Origin: an uncultured Vampirovibrio sp.
GTDB lineage: Bacteria; Cyanobacteriota; Vampirovibrionia; Gastranaerophilales; Gastranaerophilaceae
Length of the DNA: 42,642 bases
Direction of reading: 5' to 3'
Assembly: GCA_964643455.1 (NCBI GenBank)
Contig: CAZXQM010000001.1
Coordinates: 1 to 42,642, forward strand
Shown piece after piece: positions 39,186 through 42,642 of the stretch (position 1 is the stretch's first letter; each line of letters opens with the position of its first letter). Below the pieces are notes generated by a model, which saw nothing but the letters and a program-made list of their open reading frames with translations, did not search any database and was not told the DNA's origin. The translations under genes and the position numbers were made by a program.

Positions 39186-39289
39186 AATGAAATATGAAGT
39201 TTTGTAACAATTTTCTTTTTTTGTGAAATTAGATAATTTTTATATACTTTAAATATATGTAAGATGAAAAAGCATAAGGAGCTAAAATT

Positions 39290-39583
39290 ATGTCAAACAA
39301 TATTAATGCAAACGTTTTAAAGAATTTTATTGTAAAAACAATAGGTGCTGATAAATTGACACAAGTGCAGGCACAGAAATACGATATTGCAGCTGATAAG
39401 TTTGCAGAATCAAATCAGGATGAAAATGCTTATTTGGAGCTAGATGAAATTTTAGCAGATACAGATTTGTATAATCAATTTGCAACAATGTATGTTGAAG
39501 AACAAGATAAAGCAGGTGAAGTAGAAAATGCAGAGAAAGAAGAGACTGCTAAAGTTCAAGAAAAAGGTGATAGTAAGGCTTAG
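39290..39583 (+). CDS. Small acidic hypothetical protein
   Basis: AAGGAG SD; 97 aa; EF-hand-like NQDENAYLELDE. Confidence 0.75.
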   Translation: MSNNINANVLKNFIVKTIGADKLTQVQAQKYDIAADKFAESNQDENAYLELDEILADTDLYNQFATMYVEEQDKAGEVENAEKEETAKVQEKGDSKA

Positions 39584-39631
39584 CTTTAAGAGGATAGAGA
39601 GAGAGTTTTTTATATATAAATAAGGTATTTT

Positions 39632-39657
39632 AAAGCGGGTATTAATCCCGCTTTTTT
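39632..39657. terminator. Intrinsic terminator
   Basis: AAAGCGGG-TATTAAT-CCCGCTTT followed by T tract. Confidence 0.85.
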
Positions 39658-39676
39658 ATTGTGTTCTATTAAGATA

Positions 39677-41020
39677 CTACTTACAGCGTCCGCAAATAAC
39701 TTTTGCAATAAACTGTACGAGGATTATAAATTCCCATATAATATGTCTGTGTTTAATATAATAAAGATCATATTCCAAACATTCTTCAGATGTTGGTTCG
39801 CATATGTTAGTTTGTTGCCAGCCGCACCATCCTGGTCTTACCCAGTTTCTGCATTCCCAGTAAGGATGTTTTTCTTTATTCTCATAATAAATCTCTTCTC
39901 TTACCGGACGTGGTCCTACTATGCTCATTTCACCGCGCAAAACATTTATCATCTGAGGAAGTTCATCTATATGAAATTTTCTTAAAATTTTACAGAATGG
40001 TATTACGCGCTTATCATCATAAGTAATTTCTGTCAAATCATCATCAAAGTTTTCTTCTACCTTATCTTGGTACATTGTTCTAAATTTTATCATCTTAAAT
40101 GGTTTGCCAAACTTGCCAATTCTTGTCTGTGTGAAGAATACAGGACCAAAATCGGAGAGCTTAATACCTATCATAGCTATAAGAGATAGAGGTGAAGTAA
40201 TTATCATTATTATAATTGAAGCAATTATGTCGCAAAGTCTTTTAACTGCTGCAAAAAATAAAGCTTTCTTTTTAACACTGGCATAGAAGAGCCAGTTTAC
40301 AGTCATTTTAGAAACCAGATATTTACGGGTAATTTTTTCATAAAATTTTGGCATTCTCCAAACTTTTACACCGAGAGGTATACCTTTTATCAGGTCTGTA
40401 AGTGTAGTAGCATCCATTCTGGATTTTACTGCAACTATGACTATTTTAACATTGTTATCTTTAATTACAGCTTCGGAGTCACAGGTTAAACCTAATATAG
40501 GAATAGTAGAATCTTCGTCTTCTATTGTGTTCATATTATCATCCAAGAATCCGACAACCTTCATACCCAATTCTGGTCTTGCTTGGATTTCTTCTGCAAT
40601 AAGTTTTCCGTTCTGTCCAGCACCTACGATTAAAACATTTTTTACAGACTTCATGAACTTGACATAAATAAGATATATAATTCTTACAACTAATATGCCT
40701 GCAAATATAAGAATTGCATTTATTATAAGTAATAATACGGTTAGTATATTAAATCCGCTTATGCAAATAGGAATTCCCGCGAAAACGGTTGCAATAGTTA
40801 TTCCTTCAAATAATAGATAGATATCACGAGGTCTGTATTTTCTGACTTCATAGAATCCTTTGATATATAAAACTAGTATTGTGATTAACAAAAACCAAAG
40901 CATTATATAAAAAAGCTGTGAAAGATGTACAAAACTTACAAAAGAATACAGTGACGCAAACATTATAATTAACGCATCAACAACAGTTAATACAAATATC
41001 GATCTAGAAATTACAGGCAT
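39677..41020 (-). CDS. Polyprenyl glycosylphosphotransferase (WcaJ/WbaP-like sugar transferase)
   Basis: TM N-terminus, VGAG..GFLDD, KRLCDI, KFRTM, DELPQ..GEMSIVGPRP; SD AGGAGAG before ATG 41020. Confidence 0.93.
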   Translation of the reverse strand: MPVISRSIFVLTVVDALIIMFASLYSFVSFVHLSQLFYIMLWFLLITILVLYIKGFYEVRKYRPRDIYLLFEGITIATVFAGIPICISGFNILTVLLLIINAILIFAGILVVRIIYLIYVKFMKSVKNVLIVGAGQNGKLIAEEIQARPELGMKVVGFLDDNMNTIEDEDSTIPILGLTCDSEAVIKDNNVKIVIVAVKSRMDATTLTDLIKGIPLGVKVWRMPKFYEKITRKYLVSKMTVNWLFYASVKKKALFFAAVKRLCDIIASIIIMIITSPLSLIAMIGIKLSDFGPVFFTQTRIGKFGKPFKMIKFRTMYQDKVEENFDDDLTEITYDDKRVIPFCKILRKFHIDELPQMINVLRGEMSIVGPRPVREEIYYENKEKHPYWECRNWVRPGWCGWQQTNICEPTSEECLEYDLYYIKHRHIIWEFIILVQFIAKVICGRCK

Positions 41021-41105
41021 AAACTCTCCTACTATAAGGTGAATTATAACTATTTTATTATAGCACACTTAGGCTATGTGGTAAATGGCTGTAGTTAATG
41101 CGGAT

Positions 41106-41133
41106 AAAAAATAACTGGCTTCTATGCCAGTTA
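41106..41133 (-). terminator. Terminator after tRNA-Glu
   Basis: TAACTGGC/GCCAGTTA stem, T tract on the minus strand. Confidence 0.75.
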
Positions 41134-41148
41134 CAACTTACTTTTAAA

Positions 41149-41224
41149 TGGTACCCCCAAGCGAATTCGAATCGCTGTCTACACCGTGAAAGGGTGTTGT
41201 CCTAGGCCTCTAGACGATGGGGGC
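41149..41224 (-). tRNA. tRNA-Glu(TTC)
   Basis: Reverse complement GCCCCCATCGTCTAGAGGCCTAGGACAACACCCTTTCACGGTGTAGACAGCGATTCGAATTCGCTTGGGGGTACCA; 76 nt with CCA. Confidence 0.97.
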
Positions 41225-41240
41225 TCGTTCGACATTTCTT

Positions 41241-41268
41241 ATACTACCAAATCAAATTTTAAAGTCAA
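41241..41268 (-). promoter_or_regulatory. Sigma70-type promoter of tRNA-Glu
   Basis: TTGACT-16 nt-TAGTAT with TG extension. Confidence 0.6.
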
Positions 41269-41402
41269 GAGGGGTAAATGTGTTTAAAATATATTTAGGC
41301 TTGAGTGATATACAATAATGTATTTAACGGTTGTTTTTTGTACTTGAAATCACAATTTCTTAAGATTACAATAATTGCAAGAAACAGGTTTATGAGGGTA
41401 GT

Positions 41403-42155
41403 ATGATTAACAGGAAATCTCGTGAAGAAATAAAAAGAATGCGACATGCCGGACATATTGTAGCTCTTGTCCATCAAAAAATGAGAGAAGTAGTTGAGCC
41501 GGGCATATCCACAAAGGAACTAGATAATATTGCTATGAAGGTGATTAAAGATAACAAGGCTGTTCCAACATTTTTAGGGTATAACGGCTTTCCTGCATGT
41601 ATTTGCACCTCAATTAATGAAAAAGTTGTACACGGAATTCCTTCTGAAGAAGAAATTTTAAAAGAAGGTGATATTATAGCGATTGATGTTGGCGCAACAT
41701 ATGGTGGCATGGTTGGTGATAGTGCCTGGTCTTATGCCGTAGGGAAAATTTCTGAGGAAAAGCAGATGTTAATGAAAGCTACGGAAGAAGCTTTGTATGC
41801 AGGTATTGCAAAAATGCGGGCCGGTAATATTCTTGACGATATTTCCGGAGCAGTGGAAGATGTTGCCAATAGTTATAATTTAGGCATTGTAAGACAATAC
41901 GGCGGACACGGAGTAGGGCATTCCATGCATGAGGATCCGTTTCTTTTCAACTACAGAGTTGGAGATCAGACTCTTATAAAATCGGGAATGGTTATTGCAA
42001 TAGAGCCGATGTTAAACCTCGGAGGGGATGAGGTTTTTGTTGAAGATGATAAGTGGGGGGTTGTTACAAAAGATAAAAGACCGTCTGCACATTTCGAACA
42101 TACAGTTCTTGCAACAGACGGTGAGCCAATGCTTATGACAACTTTAATGGATTAA
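41403..42155 (+). CDS. map: Methionine aminopeptidase type I
   Basis: SINEKVVHGIP, IDVG..GDSA, GHGVG..HEDP, IEPM, SAHFEHT. Confidence 0.97.
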   Translation: MINRKSREEIKRMRHAGHIVALVHQKMREVVEPGISTKELDNIAMKVIKDNKAVPTFLGYNGFPACICTSINEKVVHGIPSEEEILKEGDIIAIDVGATYGGMVGDSAWSYAVGKISEEKQMLMKATEEALYAGIAKMRAGNILDDISGAVEDVANSYNLGIVRQYGGHGVGHSMHEDPFLFNYRVGDQTLIKSGMVIAIEPMLNLGGDEVFVEDDKWGVVTKDKRPSAHFEHTVLATDGEPMLMTTLMD

Positions 42156-42640
42156 TTTATATTTGATATAAACCTGTAAAATGCTCCATGAGGATTTGAA
42201 CTTAAATTAATTTCAGATACAGGAATATTAATAGATTCACCTGCACTTATTTTTATATTATCAAATCCCGCTCCATGTGAACTTGAAGGTATTACTTTCT
42301 CGTTGCCATGTGGAATATTACCTTTTTGTACCAATACATTATCTCTGACTCCAAAGTCACTTTTTATAACTCCAAGTGTTGGATCTGCACAATACCAAGG
42401 AGTCTTTTTAATGGTGATTTGAAAGTACTTCTTATCATTACTGAGTTTAATATCATAATATTCATTAAATTTTAAATTATTTGCGAGATTTAATTTTTCT
42501 TCTCCATTTAAGTCGCAACCTTCGAGGATGCCAAAATCACCTGCTCTTTTTGCTGCTTCTTGCAATTTTTTTACATCACTTTCAGATATTGTATTATCCT
42601 TGACATCAACAATTGAATTAATAAACTTTTTGTCCTCTGT
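42152..42640 (-). CDS. Hypothetical protein, 5'-truncated by window edge
   Basis: Frame stays open from 42152 to the window end (TEDKKFINSIVDVKDNTISESDVKKLQEAAKRAGD...). Confidence 0.7.
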   Translation of the reverse strand, partial: TEDKKFINSIVDVKDNTISESDVKKLQEAAKRAGDFGILEGCDLNGEEKLNLANNLKFNEYYDIKLSNDKKYFQITIKKTPWYCADPTLGVIKSDFGVRDNVLVQKGNIPHGNEKVIPSSSHGAGFDNIKISAGESINIPVSEINLSSNPHGAFYRFISNIN

Positions 42641-42642
42641 TT

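Overview
AT-rich bacterial chromosomal window. The cyanobacterial-type tRNA-Glu and the lineage-style hypothetical proteins suggest a non-photosynthetic Melainabacteria/Gastranaerophilales genome (inference). Four blocks. (1) 1-9.5 kb: the 3' part of tRNA-Ile(GAT), then an integrase-less defence island: XRE HTH, type I R-M hsdR-hsdS-prrC-hsdM with a PrrC-type anticodon nuclease, and a decayed chimeric remnant (DUF2971-like 5' piece joined to a helicase/DUF2726 3' piece). (2) 9.5-13.5 kb: a LysR-controlled cluster of a Tat-signal DUF6282-like metalloprotein, an SDR and a Tat-signal aldo-keto reductase. (3) 13.5-24.6 kb: a tightly packed minus-strand 10-gene run (flavodoxin, Tat-lipoprotein AKR-FeS, polyferredoxin with internal RR, tatA, tatC, CheR-like, membrane protein, larB, N-terminal-only larC, NikMN-like) behind a MerR-type 19-bp-spacer promoter. 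larE is separated from this run by an inverted 513-aa orphan gene preceded by a (GTA)10 tract. No larA is in the window. (4) 24.6-42.6 kb: housekeeping genes (trxA, DEDDh exonuclease, rlmD, lipoate ligase family, dgt, MgtC, TPR, ABC ATPase, AI-2E, radical SAM, speD, mutS2, aroE, sugar transferase, tRNA-Glu, map). The best candidate for an undescribed system is the Tat-export / Fe-S redox / nickel-pincer (NPN) cofactor locus with no known NPN client enzyme. All family calls are from motif recognition by eye; no searches were run.
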